Positions 11,461 through 25,728 of a stretch of 64,000 bases of DNA are shown in pieces. Within the stretch, counting starts at the first letter, position 1. Each line of letters starts with the position of its first letter. A model generated the notes under the pieces. The model had not been told where the DNA came from. It was given only the letters and a program-made list of their open reading frames with translations, and did no database searches. The translations under genes were made by a program, and so were the position numbers. The stretch comes from the human T2T-CHM13v2.0 reference genome, Homo sapiens, in NCBI RefSeq assembly GCF_009914755.1, contig NC_060926.1, one strand, 5' to 3'.

Positions 11461-12479
11461 ATACACGTTAGGGTTGGCCAATTGTTTGCTTGACCTTAAA
11501 TGGTTAGTGTGGTTTAAGCTTCCCCAAAATGCGCTGTGAGCTGAGCTTCCACTTTTGGAATGATTGCAGAATTCGGTGCTTAAGAGATGAGAAACTTCGT
11601 TCTACCAGTAATGGAAGAAACGCTTCACCTTAATCACCCTCCTTGTCTTTCCCCTCCCTTTGACTATGTAGGACTCGATAACACAACATTTGAAAGATTC
11701 TACTCTATGAAATAAGCACAGATTGAAATTCAGTATTTGCCAAGGAATATTAAACATGAATTACTGGGATTGAGGAAAGCCTGATTTATTTACTTGTTAG
11801 TGTCTGGAATTCTGTTGGCCAGATTCATAGCATTCATTGTATGAGTATAATTGGAACATTTACTCTAATGTAGATGCAGATGCATCTGCAATTAGATGTG
11901 CAAGGACGCTGCCAGCTAACTAGCTGCACGACTTTGAGCGAATTACTGGGTCAGAACTTGTATCTACCCATCTCAGAAACAGAAATAGTGGGATCCGCGT
12001 TGTCTAGTTGTTATGAAGAGTCAAAATATCTTTGGTAACTCACCTAGCATAGTATCTGACACTATTAGGTGAATACTAAATATTAGCTATCATTGTCTCC
12101 CCACTTGAGCTATGTAAACTAATAGGACCTTTAGGAGAATATACTATTAATAGAATCTTGGAGATAGAGGAAAGGTAGAAACCCCTTGCTAGTTTGTTAC
12201 AAGGTCTCCCCTTCTCCATGCTCTCCCCTGACCCCCATGCTATTTCAACTGGGGGGATGGGCAGGAACCATTGAGAAACACTAGGGCAAAAAACATGTTC
12301 ATGAATAATAGGGGAAGGAAAGGAACTTGGGTATAGAAAACTAGAGGCAAAAGGTGAGGCAAGACCAACCATATAATTTGGTACTTGAGACTCAAGTGAA
12401 CTTATTTTGTGTGTGTTACATTATAACAATTTTTGAATAAAATAGGACATATCGGTTAACGTGAGTTTGAAGATTTTAC

Positions 12480-12710
12480 AAATAATAGTTCCCATTTATT
12501 AAGCACTTCGAATGTGCCGTATGCGCATAAACACTTTATATGCAATGTCTCATTTAATCTTAAGGACAGCCCCAAAGTATCCCCAACTTTATGGATGAAG
12601 ATACCCACGCTTGGAAATACTAAGTAAGTTGGTCAAGGTCTCACAACCTGGAAGTGGTCAAGCAGGGGTTCAAATCCAAGAGCATCTGACTCCCCACACT
12701 GTTCTGTACT
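12480..12710 (-). mobile_element. MIR SINE
   Basis: Antisense MIR core (tctcatttaatc...aagtaagttggtcaaggtctcaca...ttcaaatccaag). Confidence 0.7.
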
Positions 12711-13169
12711 GAGCTTTGTATGGTGAAAAATGGGGTTCCTCAGCTTTAAGTCAGTGTGTGTTTACAAAAATTGCTTGGGTGGGGCCGGAGGAGGAGGCTT
12801 CCATTGAGACTTTTCCTATTTAACTATCAGCCGTCTGACTTGCAAAAGGACTCAACCAAAATTTTACAAAGCAAATACTGCAAACCTCATTATGATCTTT
12901 GCTCCAAGCTTTGTAGAATATTTTAGATTCATTTTAAGAGATTTATGCAGCAAGGCATTCTGAAAGGCACATTTTCAATATTAGTTATATTTAGCTACTT
13001 TTTATACCCTAGAGACCCAAGATTCACATTGCAAAACACATGCAAGGTATCCAGATGTACAAAGTAATCAACAAATTAAGATCACAAGAGAACTTTGGCA
13101 GTTCAGCAAACCAAAATAAACTGCACTGTTGTAACTACCACTTACTGGTTGATTACCTTCTTTGTACCT

Positions 13170-13360
13170 AGCATTTTACACATACCTCTGATCTCCACAA
13201 TCCTGTGAGGGAACTCTTAGTGCTCCATTTTTATAGATGAAGATACTGAAGTTTAGAGAGTGCATGTAATTTGCTCATTACCATGTGTCCAGTAAGTGGG
13301 TAAAAGCAGATTAGAATACAGGTCTGCCTCCAAATCGACTCCAAAATCTGTCTTCTCCAC
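13170..13360 (-). mobile_element. MIR SINE
   Basis: ccatttttatagatgaagatactgaagtttagagag, the antisense MIR core. Confidence 0.65.
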
Positions 13361-13744
13361 AAGTATTGCCTTGGGAGGTGTTCATTTTACTTCTAATAAT
13401 GTCAATCTTTGGAAGTAATCCTATAGAAAACACCCTAGAGTAAATAATAAATTATCCCCCCACCCGGGGGGAGCTTAGAAATAAATGAGGATATTTTAAG
13501 AATAAAATAGTAAAAATTTAATATGTGAATACACACATTAAAGGCATCAGGCTGTTTCCACCAGTAAAGTTTTGCTTCATTAGTGTAGGAAGTCTTTATT
13601 ATCCCAGTGTGATTAGTACTCCTCAAAGTAAATCTACTTAAAGCTGGGACCAAATTTCAGACCAATCAGTGAAGAAAGCTTTGCTTAAGACTTTATTTGA
13701 AAATAAAACTAAATGTTATTAAAATACATTCATTCTGTCCTATA

Positions 13745-16089
13745 TGGGCATACCTCATTTTATTGTACATAGCTTTATTATGCCTTGCAGATACTGCTTT
13801 TTTATACAAATCGAAGGTTTGTGGCAACCCTGCTTGGAACAAGTCTTATCAGCACAATTTTCCCAACAACATGTACCCACTTTATGTCTCTGTGTAACAT
13901 TTTGGTAATCCTCACAATAGTTCAAACTTTTTTTGTTATTATATCTGATATGGTGATCTGTGATCAGTTATTTCGGTTTTACCATTGTAATTGTTTTAAG
14001 GCACCATGAACTGTGCCCAAATAAGACATAGAACTTAACTAGTGTGTGTGTGCGTGCTAATTACTCCACCGACTGGCTCTTCCCCTCCTCTCCTCAGGCC
14101 TCCCTATTCGTTAAGACACAACAATAATGAAATTAGGCCAGTTAATATCCCCACTATGGCCTCTAAGTGTGCAAGTGAAAGGAAGAGTGACATATCTCTT
14201 TAAATCAAAATCTAGACATAAGCTTAGTGAAGAAGGTATATCAAACACCGAGATAGACCAAAAGCTAGGCCTTTACACCAAACAGTTGGCCACTCTGTGA
14301 ATGGAAAGAAAAAGTTATTGAAGGAAATTAAAAATGCTACTCCAATAAACACACAGATGATAAGAAAGCAAAACAGCTTTATTGCTGATATGGAGAACGT
14401 TTTAGTGGTGTGGATGGAAGATCAAACCAGCAACAACATTCTTTTAAGCTAAAACCTAATCCAGAGCAAAACCCTGACTCTCTTCAATATTACGAAGGAT
14501 GAGAGAGGTGAGGAAGTTGCAGAAGAAAAGTTGGAAGATAGCAGAGGTCGATTTATGAGGTTTAAGGGAAAAAGTCATCTCCATGACATTAAAGTACAAG
14601 GGAAGGAGCAAGTAGTAATGTAGAAGATGCAGCAAATTATCCAAAAGACTGAGCTAAAATCATTGATAAGGGTAGATGATGCAGCCTTCCATTGAAAGAA
14701 GATGCTCTCTAGGACTTTCATAGCTAGAGGAAGAAAGCAATGTCTGGCTTCAAAACTTCAAAGGACAGGTTGATTCTCTTGTTAGGATCTAATGCACCTG
14801 GTTCCTTTAACTTGAAGGCAATGCTCATTTACCATTTTGAAAGTTGTAGGGCCCTTAAGAATTATACTACATCTACTCTACCTGTGTTCTATAAATAGAA
14901 GAACAAAGCACATCTGTTTATATGATGGTTTACTAATATTTTAAGCTCACTGTTGAGACCTACTCTTTAGGAAAAAAGATTCCTTTCAAAATGTTACTGC
15001 TCATTGACAATGCACCTGGCCATCCAAGAGTTCTAATGGAGATATATAAGGAGTTGTACATGTTGTTGTCATGCCTAGCTAACACAACATCCATTATGCA
15101 GCCTGTGGATCAAGGAATAATTTCAGCTTTTAAATCTTATTATTAAGGAAATACATTTCATAAGACTATAATTGCCATAGATAGTGATTTTCTGATGGAT
15201 CTGGGCAAAGTAAATTAACAACCTTCTGAAAAGAATTCACCATACTAGATGCTATTGAGAACATTTGTGATTCATTTGTGGAAGAGGTCAGAATATCAAC
15301 ATTAACAGGAGTTTAGAAGAAGTTGATCCCAACCCTTCTGGGTGACTTTGAGGGGTTCAAGACTTCAGTGGAGAAAGTAACTGCAGATCGGGTGAGAATA
15401 GCAAAAGAACTAGAAGTAGAGCCCAAAGAGGTGACAAAAATGCTGCAATCTCATGATAAAACTTACATGAATGAGGAGTTGCTTCTTATGGATTAGCAAA
15501 GAAAGTTCTTTTCTGAGATGGAATCTACTTCTGGTGAAGATGCTATGAACATTGTTGAAATAACAAACTACTTAGAATATTATTATACATAAAATGAGTT
15601 GATAAGGTAATCACAGGGTTTGAGAGGATTGACTCTAATTTTGAAAGAAGCTGTACTTTTGGTAACATGCTATCAAACAGCATTGCATGCTACAGAGAAA
15701 CCTGTCATGAAAGGAAGCATCAGTGTGACCAAATTTATTGTTGTCTTTTTCTAAGAAATTGCCACAGCCCCTCCAGCCTTCAGCAACCCACTCTGATCAG
15801 TCAGCAGCCATTGACATTGAGGAAAGACCTTCTACCAGGAAAAAGATTATGACTTGCTGAAGGCTCAGATGATAGTTACCAATTTTTAGTAGCAAAATAT
15901 TTTAAAATTAAGGTATGTACATTGTTTTTTCTTAGACACAATGCTATTGCACACTTACTATAGAGTATAGGGTAAATATAACTCATATGCACTGGGAAAC
16001 AAAAAACTTGCATGACCCACTTTATTGTGATATTTGCTTTATTGCAGTGGGCTGTAACCAAAGTCAGCAATATTTTCATAGTATGCCTG
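13745..16089 (+). mobile_element. Tigger1 DNA transposon, near full length, decayed transposase
   Basis: TA-flanked terminal inverted repeats (TA|tgggcatacctc ... gtatgcctg|TA). Internal Tigger1 motifs (aaagcaaaacagctttattgctgatatggag; ttactgctcattgacaatgcacctgg). ~2.35 kb; no intact ORF. Confidence 0.9.
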
Positions 16090-16194
16090 TATTTAACAAT
16101 ATTTACGTTGTTAGTATGACTATGTGCTAATTGTAAAATGAATAAATCAAGAAAGTGATTGTTGGTTTAATTTTTCTACAAAAGGTAAAGCACC

Positions 16195-16760
16195 GGTTGG
16201 GGCCCAGAACACAATACCCCAATATGTATGGCACCCTGACATACTGAGTATTTTGAGCCAAAGGAGATTGGGAGAGCCACTAAAGCAGGAATTTCTCTCT
16301 GACCTTCCCCTACTCCTATTTTCTCTCCTGAAACAGATCATAGAAACTGAAATTTCTCTCCCTCAAAGCAAGCCATAAAACCTAAGAAGGTCACTCTCTG
16401 ACCTCCTCCCTTTTGCCCTGAAGACCTTCGTGTGACAGGTGTTCTGCCCCTCCCTAGAGGCCAAAGAGAATCTGAACAAACAGGCCTTGTTAAGTTTCCA
16501 GTTTATTAACTTTAGGCCATACCTCCTTTTTATCCAATCCCACTTCAACACGACTGTTCATCCTTTATCCCACCTAAGCACTAAAATACAGTTTTCCCTG
16601 GGTCTTTGTGTCTTCATTTTTGAAGGCTCCCATGTCATGTAAAACTTTGATTAAATAGATTTGTGATACTTATCTCTTGTTAAACTGTCTTTTGTTATAG
16701 GAGTGTCAGCCATAAACCTTGTGATAAGGGAGGAAAAGTTATTACTTTTTCTCCCCAACT
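16195..16760 (+). mobile_element. Solo ERV1-class LTR (MER39/MER34-group-like)
   Basis: Starts gttggggcccagaacacaatacccc; ATTAAA near 16650; LTR-type 3' end tttctcccc. Confidence 0.7.
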
Positions 16761-19273
16761 CAACTTACAATATGCCTTATTTCATATTTGACTTTTACAG
16801 GATAATCAAAAAGAGGGTCATTTTGTAAAAATGTTAGAGGGCTTCATCAGTTTCCCCAAGGGTCTCTATTAGTTTTTTGTATTCAAAGTATTCTCTTCTG
16901 AATCAGCAATATAGTCACCCTCCCTGTTGATTTTTACCTTCACTTGTTAGTTTAACTCTACAAATCTCTATTTGCCAGTGGCCTTATCAACCTTACTTTC
17001 ATTGACATCATAAAATCTAACACTTTTGGCACGATTTGCAATTTTACTTTGCAGTATAATTGAATATATTGCATTGTATTGTAAATGTTTGCCACTATGA
17101 GAGCAGGAGAGAAGATTGTTAAGAAGGGATGTTTGAGTGGGGGACTAATTTATAAGTGGTCCTATCATTAATAAATATTTTTGTGTTACTGACTTTTTCT
17201 TCCCTTCACCATCTTACTACAGTGGAGGAAAGTGTGAACTTGGGTTGTGTCGTAGAAAATGTGAGTGTGAGAGAGGCGGAGGTTGGTAAACAAGACTGCC
17301 TGAGAAACATGGTTTGAATTTGGAAGAACATGAGAACATGTATGTGGCCACTTGTGAGAGCTGTTTCATAACTGAGAAAAATGAAATGGTGGTCTCATCA
17401 GGCCTCTAGTGTCCTGGATAAAAATATTTCTTGAAAATACGTCTCTCTGTCTTCATTCTGTGCTCACTTTCTGCCCATAATTTGACTTCCCGCTTGTTCT
17501 GCCTACAGGAAAAAATGAACTGGTTACAACCACAGGAGCCTGGTCACCGCGGCAGTACTATTGCTATTGTCAATGCAAACATCCAAAGACATTTTAGTTA
17601 ATATGTGTGTTTTTTGTGAGTTTAATTAGCATGGGTCTGACTTCCTAGGTTTGTTTAATTTTAAGACACTAACATATTGAGATTTCTAGACATGATATAC
17701 TTTAAAAAATGGTCTCGGTGAATTAACCAAGAACTCTTATTATCTTCTTCAGAAGACATCCCAATCTTGCCACTAGCTTTTAGAATTCTGTGGGCATATT
17801 ATAGTTTAACAAAACATTTATTTTTAAATAAAATGCCAAAGCCAACCCTGAATGTTACATCTTACATTGCAAGGGGTCATACAAAATGGATAAAAGAGGG
17901 ACCTGGTAGATTGTGAGTTATGGGCGTGTGACCCAGGAGACAATTTGCTGCTTCCTTCTAACTCAGGTGATCTATTGCTTAACAAAAATTCACCTACCAT
18001 CATGATAAAGGTAAGGAATTCACAAGTCCAGCAAAAGTTCACTGTCAAGAATGCTCTGTCCAACCTTAGAATGTTGGACTTTGAATGTCATTATGACCTG
18101 TGTTACAGGATTCCTGTGGAGATAAATATTAGTAGTCACTTTTCTAGCTTGAGCTGTCAGCACCTAAAGTGTCAGTATCCTCTATGAAGAACAAAATCAT
18201 CATTTGAATTCAATCAGTCATTCAACATATATTATGTAAACCAGTCATTTAACATATATTATGCAAAGGACTTAGGTTGAAAATAAAATGGTAAACACAG
18301 ACATATTACCAATATCAATTTCTGAGAGAGTAGTACTGTGTCTCAGAAGTTAGAAAAGGCATTTGAAGTGTCTAGTCCAACCTTCATCAGATCTACTGCT
18401 TCCCTTTGCAACACTGCTTTTCAGGAGATGCCCAGTTCCTCCAATGGTAGGGAGATCCCAGCAAGCACTAGGATAAGCTGCTATGATTGAACCTGATTGG
18501 ATGATTTTCCCCATCTAAGAATAGCATCACAAGCTATTCAGGGGTCTCTGGACAAAGATTTTGGAAAAGAAGCCAGTAGGAAATGAGAAAAAAATTTAAA
18601 AAATAGTAAAAAGAATTAATTTTGCTGTGCAATGACGCAAATGCCCAGATAGTTGTGAAGCCAGTGAGAAATCAAGTTGCTAATGTTTTAGAGATTCTTA
18701 GCTTTTGTGGCATGTGAGGCACAATTTGTAAGAGTGTTGTGTTTCAACCTAAGCATTTTTTGTTGTGACATGTTGAATACAACAGTGTAATTATTAATAT
18801 GTTAAATATCACTCTCAATGTTTTATCAGAATATTATCATTTTTCTTTTAAAAGTGCCATTTCCAAAGGGCTTGGTATGCAGTTAATGGGATTTAACAGC
18901 AGAATGCATCTTGGATTTTGTAATGGAAATCAATGGGAGAATAAGATTGATTTGATGGAAAGTCTCTGTACTGCAAACTTTGCTGACAATGACCATTCCT
19001 TTAAGTGAGAGATACCTATTCCACAAGTGCTCAATGATGAGTTTTTATGTATATGATAGATCTAGATAGTTTGGAAAATTAATAATGTCAGAAGCAGGTT
19101 TTGTTTTGTTTTGCTTTTTTTCTGACTAGTCTCTCATTTGAATCTGACTAAATTTCCTTTACCAGAAGGATGCTTACTTGAGTGCTTTGAAAACTCAGCT
19201 GAGTCATAGTTTTTAATGCTGGTCCCTGCTCTTCTCAGGAGTAGTTATCACATGCTTTAAAATCCTCCATTTG

Positions 19274-19736
<463 letters not shown>

Positions 19737-21159
19737 TCATTTCATTTTGGCTTCTCCCAAACTGGGCATCGTGGAAGGTATGCCCTTAGCTGCTCTGCCT
19801 CCCTTTGGTCATTATTTGGGAAGCCAGTGCAATCTCATTTGATGAAGACCAAAAGGTAGCATAACTCAGAGAGGCTTACTCCTCTTACCCAATTTGTCCA
19901 AATGGGAAATTCCACCCAGCTCTCGTTGTGCCACATATAAGCCCCAATCCTTTCCTTTTCTGTGATATCAATTTTCAATCTTTGAGGAATATTCATGTTA
20001 AAGCAATCCTCTTTTGTTTTGTCCTTTCTACATGTTCAAAACTATTATTTTAAAAAACAATTTATTAAAGAACATACAAAATATCTTTAATAAAATTTTA
20101 AAATAATATTGCTTTCTATAGTATTGTTTGGACACCATATTGTTCGTGCTGGATTCTGTCAGCTTGGCCTAAACAGGAGCAGATGATATTAGCTCAAATG
20201 ATATCAAATGTGCTTGAAAGAATATAGAAGTTCTAACGCACGTAGAAAAATTTTCATAATTAAAATTACCAAAATCTACCCAAAGAATATGAGATGTTCT
20301 CAAAGAACCCACTTTACAGAGGGATTTAGAGTAATATATTTTTCAGAATTTAAGGCACTTCTCAATCTATTAAGAAACAGTTACTGTTACATTTATCACA
20401 TTTTAAGGGAAACTATAATCTTGAATATTGTAACATTTCAAAAGGTGATATAATAACAGGCCTTTTTGTGAACTAGTAACAGCATTAGCCAAAGGAAAGC
20501 TAAAGAGTAAGGACTGGTTAAATATAACTTTCTTCCACACTGCCCTGGGGTAACTGTTGTCCTAAGTGACCTTTAAAGATAATTTAGAATGGAAACAGAT
20601 CTACTTTAGTAGCTTTACTAAGTATTTGACAACCTAGAATTTCCCCTTTTTGATTTGTCTTTACCATAGCAACCTTCTGATCTGTGATTTCCTCTTTTGA
20701 ATGAACTGACTTATATGAGATTTCCCTTTGTAAACACATAGTATCTATTTTTATTTATTTACATACTTGTTTCTTATTTCTTTTATTCCAGAGAGGAAGT
20801 ATGAACAAATACAATAAAATACAGGAACTACAATACAAAAAAAAAGTATTAAATAAAAGACAGAAGTCAAATACCAGAGGATAAGGGAGAAAGAAATATA
20901 GTAGATATACATTGTTATTCTAGCTCCTTGTAACTTTGCTTAGTGTGAATCAATGCCCCTAGAGCACAGAATCTCACCTATTTATGGTTATTTACTGGAA
21001 AAAATTTTCAACATTGCTATATGTTTAAAAAGTTGATGATAAATTGTTAAAAAAATTAACTTTGAAGTCATAGAGAAAAGAGGTGGAGGAGGCAGCAGAT
21101 AAAGGGGAGAAGGAGGAAAGGGAAAAGAAGTGTGAAAGTAAGACCAGTTTTGAGTGAGG

Positions 21160-21191
21160 GTGTGTGTGTGTGTGTGTGTGTGTCTGTGTGT
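21160..21191. repeat. (TG)n microsatellite
   Basis: Direct reading. Confidence 0.9.
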
Positions 21192-21259
21192 CCACACAAA
21201 TGAACCTTCTTTTCTCATTTTGATGTTCCTTCTGCAGGTATTGAAGGAAGCTAGTTTAG

Positions 21260-21480
21260 AATAATTTATTGAATGCTCACTAAGTGCTGAGTGCTGTACT
21301 AAATGCTCTTACATGATTCTCTCATTTAATCCTCCAAACAACATCAGGAAATAGATATTATTGGCATCATCCTTATTTTATTAAGCGGTTAAGTAAATTG
21401 CTCAAAATTACAGAGCACAGAAGGAGTACAGCCTGGATTTGAACCCAATGAGCCTGGATTTCAAATTTTAGAGTCCTAAC
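21260..21480 (-). mobile_element. MIR SINE
   Basis: tttattgaatgctcact...ctcatttaatcctcc...ggatttgaaccc. Confidence 0.7.
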
Positions 21481-22069
21481 TTTTAAGCTGAAACTAACAA
21501 TAAGGGCAAAAGTAACAAGGTCCTCAGAACATGTCTGTGTTTTTTACTCCTTTTTTGCATCCCCTAAAACCTGGCACCATGCTTGACACAGAATACTTAA
21601 TACACACTTATTACATGATCATATGTCACAGAAAGAAACAATAGTACTCATTTGGTTACATTTTTCTCTATGTTCTCCATCCTTCCTGCATGATTTCTAT
21701 CCATTTGTCCATCCATCCATCAATAAATACAATGCAAGGATCCATGATGACTTATGAAGAATGGAACGGGTTCAAAGATTAGGGAGATATCAGCAAGAAC
21801 CATATATATTTAGAACATGTAGATTGCAACCAAAATTCAAATAAAATTTTTTAATGTTTTTTGCTCCTTAATGTAGACTTAGCTTTAAACATTTGCTATG
21901 TCAGTGTTTTCTAAAACTTGCAGTTATTCTGTAACACATCCCCAGTCTCTACATGTATCTGAATTTTACCCACACTTCCACAGATTTAACTAATTTCTCC
22001 TAATGTTTGCAGGACAAAACTAAGGAAATGTCTAGACCCTCAGGGTAAGGGAAGACCCTAGAGACTGGC

Positions 22070-22423
22070 ATGTGAATCACAAACTCAAATGCTTATGGAC
22101 CAGACAGGTAACCTCAATGAGTAAGGTGGGCCAGGTGAGGATGTTGGATAATTGGAGGAGGCACATTCCATTTAAAGGTGATGGCTACTGCTCAACTCCA
22201 GCCATCTGTGACAATACAGATCCACCATGTGCTGCTAGATCATCTTATCTTTCAAAGAAAGCAAAAAAAAAGAAAAAGAATTTTTTTTGTGTGAAATCTC
22301 CTGATTTTTAAATTTTGACAAGGAATCCAGATATACAAGAAAAAAAAAATATTTCACATAGAACAAAAACTACACAATAGCAGACCAAATTTGGCCAATG
22401 GGCAACCAACATGTGACTTCTGT
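22070..22423. mobile_element. Non-autonomous hAT-type DNA element (MER family, subfamily uncertain)
   Basis: Ends resemble hAT MITE termini (tcacaaactcaaatgc ... catgtgacttctg); internal aaatctcctgatttttaaa motif. Confidence 0.45.
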
Positions 22424-23119
22424 GGGAGTACCTACCCCTTCCTCAAAGCAGTAGGGATGCCTACTTGTTGGTCTGCTTGGCAACATCCTTCACCACGAAT
22501 TATCCCACCAGCTATGGCTTAAGCATTTAGGTGAGCAGGGGCCCCCATGCAACCCACCTGAAGGAGGCCATTCCATTTCCAGGTGGCTCATAGTCATCTA
22601 AGACTGAGCTGTAGTCCAGCAGACCTCTACTTTATTCATATTGGGGATGTTCTGTCTTCTGTAGCATCCCCAAAATACATCTCTTTTCTTTTTCATATAC
22701 CAGCCCTTAAAGAACGTGAAGGCAATTATCAATTTTCAGGGGCTGCTGTGAGGAATACTAGAAGGAAATCTATTATTTCAAGTGTGGTCCAACCAGTGCA
22801 GAGACAGAGTTGGGTTCTATTTTCCTTTGTTTCCAATACTGTGTTTCTATCAAGGCAACCTAAATCTAATTTTGTTTTGTAAGTGCATCTCATGGTTAAC
22901 TTATATTAAATTTATAATAAACTAAAAACCTATAGGCCTCCCTCATTCTTGCTATTTTACCCCAAGACAGGACCTTTATGTGTACTTATTAAACTTCATC
23001 TTTTTATATTTGGCTCATTTCCTTTCTGTCAAAATCTTTTTTAGATTCTTGATTTTATGGTCTAAAACATTTGCTATCCTTCTCGATTCCATATCACTTA
23101 TAAATTGGATAGGCCTGAT

Positions 23120-23340
23120 AATAACAGCTAACATATATAAAGTTTGCTATGTGCCAGGCACTGTTCTGAATGCTTTACATATATTATTTCATGCTCACAA
23201 CTGTCTCATTTAGCTACTAATCATATACCTATTATACACATATAAGAAAACTGTGGCACAGAGATGTTAAGTAACTGATCCTGGACCACACAACATCTAA
23301 GTGATAGGAACAGGTGAGGTGACTCCAAAGCCTGCAAGCT
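23120..23340 (-). mobile_element. MIR SINE
   Basis: tatgtgccaggcactgttctgaatgctttacat...aaactgtggcacagagatgttaagtaact. Confidence 0.75.
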
Positions 23341-23431
23341 TAGTTGGTATCCTTTGCTTTACCCCATCAGATCTCAGAGGGCAATGCAGATAGACAACAC
23401 TAGAATGATAAACCCTTTTAAAAACTGCCCT

Positions 23432-24081
<650 letters not shown>

Positions 24082-24339
24082 TTATCAGATAAAAAAGCTG
24101 AGGCTTGGAGGTTAAAGCAACTTGTGTGAAACCACGTAGGAAGTTGCGGCAAAGTGAGTGCTAGTCCCCAAACCCCTTGCACTCTTTCTACTGCCTAACT
24201 TTATCCCCAACATGCTGTTACTTCAAATCTGATTAGTGTTGGAGGGAGAGCTACCCATCCTGTGGCCACTCATTAAGTGCAAGCGTTTTCTCCCTGGTGG
24301 AAAATGCTCTTGATTATTTACGCCCTTCCCCCACTTTTT

Positions 24340-25180
24340 TTCTTTGCTACCAGAATCCTAATGCTCTGATTGAAATATGTTCAGTTAAATATATACTTGC
24401 CTGGCCTCCCTTGTAGTTAGGGAAGCCAGGGGCACAGTTCTGGCTAATAATGTATGAAAACAAGTCTTCTGGTATGCATTAGTTTTCTGGGGCTGCCATT
24501 GCAAAGTACCAAAACCTGGGTGGCTTCTGGAAAGGCAATGTATTGTCCCATAGTTCTGGAGGCTAGAAGTCTGAAATCAAGATGTTTGTAAGCTTGGCTC
24601 TGAGGGAAGGATCTACTCCAGGCCTCTCTCCCTGGCTTGTAGATGCATGCTTCTCATTCACATGGTTCTCTCCTAGTATGCATGTCTCTGTGTCCACATT
24701 TCCCTTTTTTATATTGGGTTAGGGTCCACCCCAATGACCGTCACCCTTTTAATTTGATTACCTCTGTAAAGACCTATCTCCAAGTAAGTTCAGATTCACA
24801 AAGAACAAAAACTATGCTGATTCAGAGGTACTGGAGGTTGGGAAAAACATATCTGGCTTTGGAGAGGACAACACTCAACCCATAATGAGGGGGGCTGGTA
24901 TGGGTTGCTGGGGAAGCTTTTGCTTTCTTTGTAAAAGGGGACAACCATGGTGTGCCTTCCTTCCACTGCCCCTCCTTCTCTCTGCCTTATATACTGCCTC
25001 AGTAGTTGGAGCTACCCAGCCATGTCATTATTATGAGAGAATGACCCAGAGAACTAAGGAACTGAACCTATACCAGAAACTGCCTGAGTCTGGATATCTT
25101 GTTACATAAGAAAAATAAACCCCTATGCTAAAAGTCATGTAGTTGGGTTTTCTGTTACTCATAGCCAAACACATTCCTAA
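24340..25180. mobile_element. Old MaLR (MLT1) LTR interrupted by a second, opposite-strand MLT1 LTR (~24475-24886)
   Basis: Outer: gcctcccttgtagttaggg ... aataaacccc...ttctgttactcatagcc. Inner: ttagttttctggggctgcc...gttctggaggctagaagtctgaaatcaagatg...caacccataa. Confidence 0.65.
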
Positions 25181-25344
25181 CATATTACCATTCTCAAAAA
25201 TCTAGCTTTGTATGATTTTATCAAATAATACCAATTAATCCAAAGTAATTATCAGGCTATGTTTACAAATGATTTAGATGGAGAATGGGGTTGAGCAAAT
25301 CAAGCAATGAAATGTTTTGAAAACAATGTCTAAGAAAAATATGT

Positions 25345-25728
25345 TCACTGTGAAATACTATACAGCCATAAAAAGAATGCAATCATGTCTTTTACAACAA
25401 CATAGATGCTGCTGGAGGCCACTATCCTAAGCAAGTTAATGCAGGAACAGAAAACCAAATACCACATGTTCTCACTTATAAGGGGGAGCTAAACATTGGC
25501 TGCTCATAGACTAAAGAGGGCAACAATAGTCAGTAGGGACTACTAGAATGGAGAGGAAGGGAGTGGAACAAGGGTTAAAAAAAACCACCAATTGGCAACT
25601 ATGCTCAGTACCTGGGTGATGGGATCAATCGTACCGCAAACCTCAGCATCATGCAATATACCCATGTAACAAACCCACACATGTACCTCCTAAATCTAAA
25701 ATTTTTAAGTTGAAATTATTTTTTAAAA
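25345..25728 (+). mobile_element. L1 3' end fragment (old L1PA/L1PB type)
   Basis: gaaatactatacagccataaaaaagaatg...ttctcacttataag...aacctcagcatcatgcaatatacccatgtaacaaac. Confidence 0.85.
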
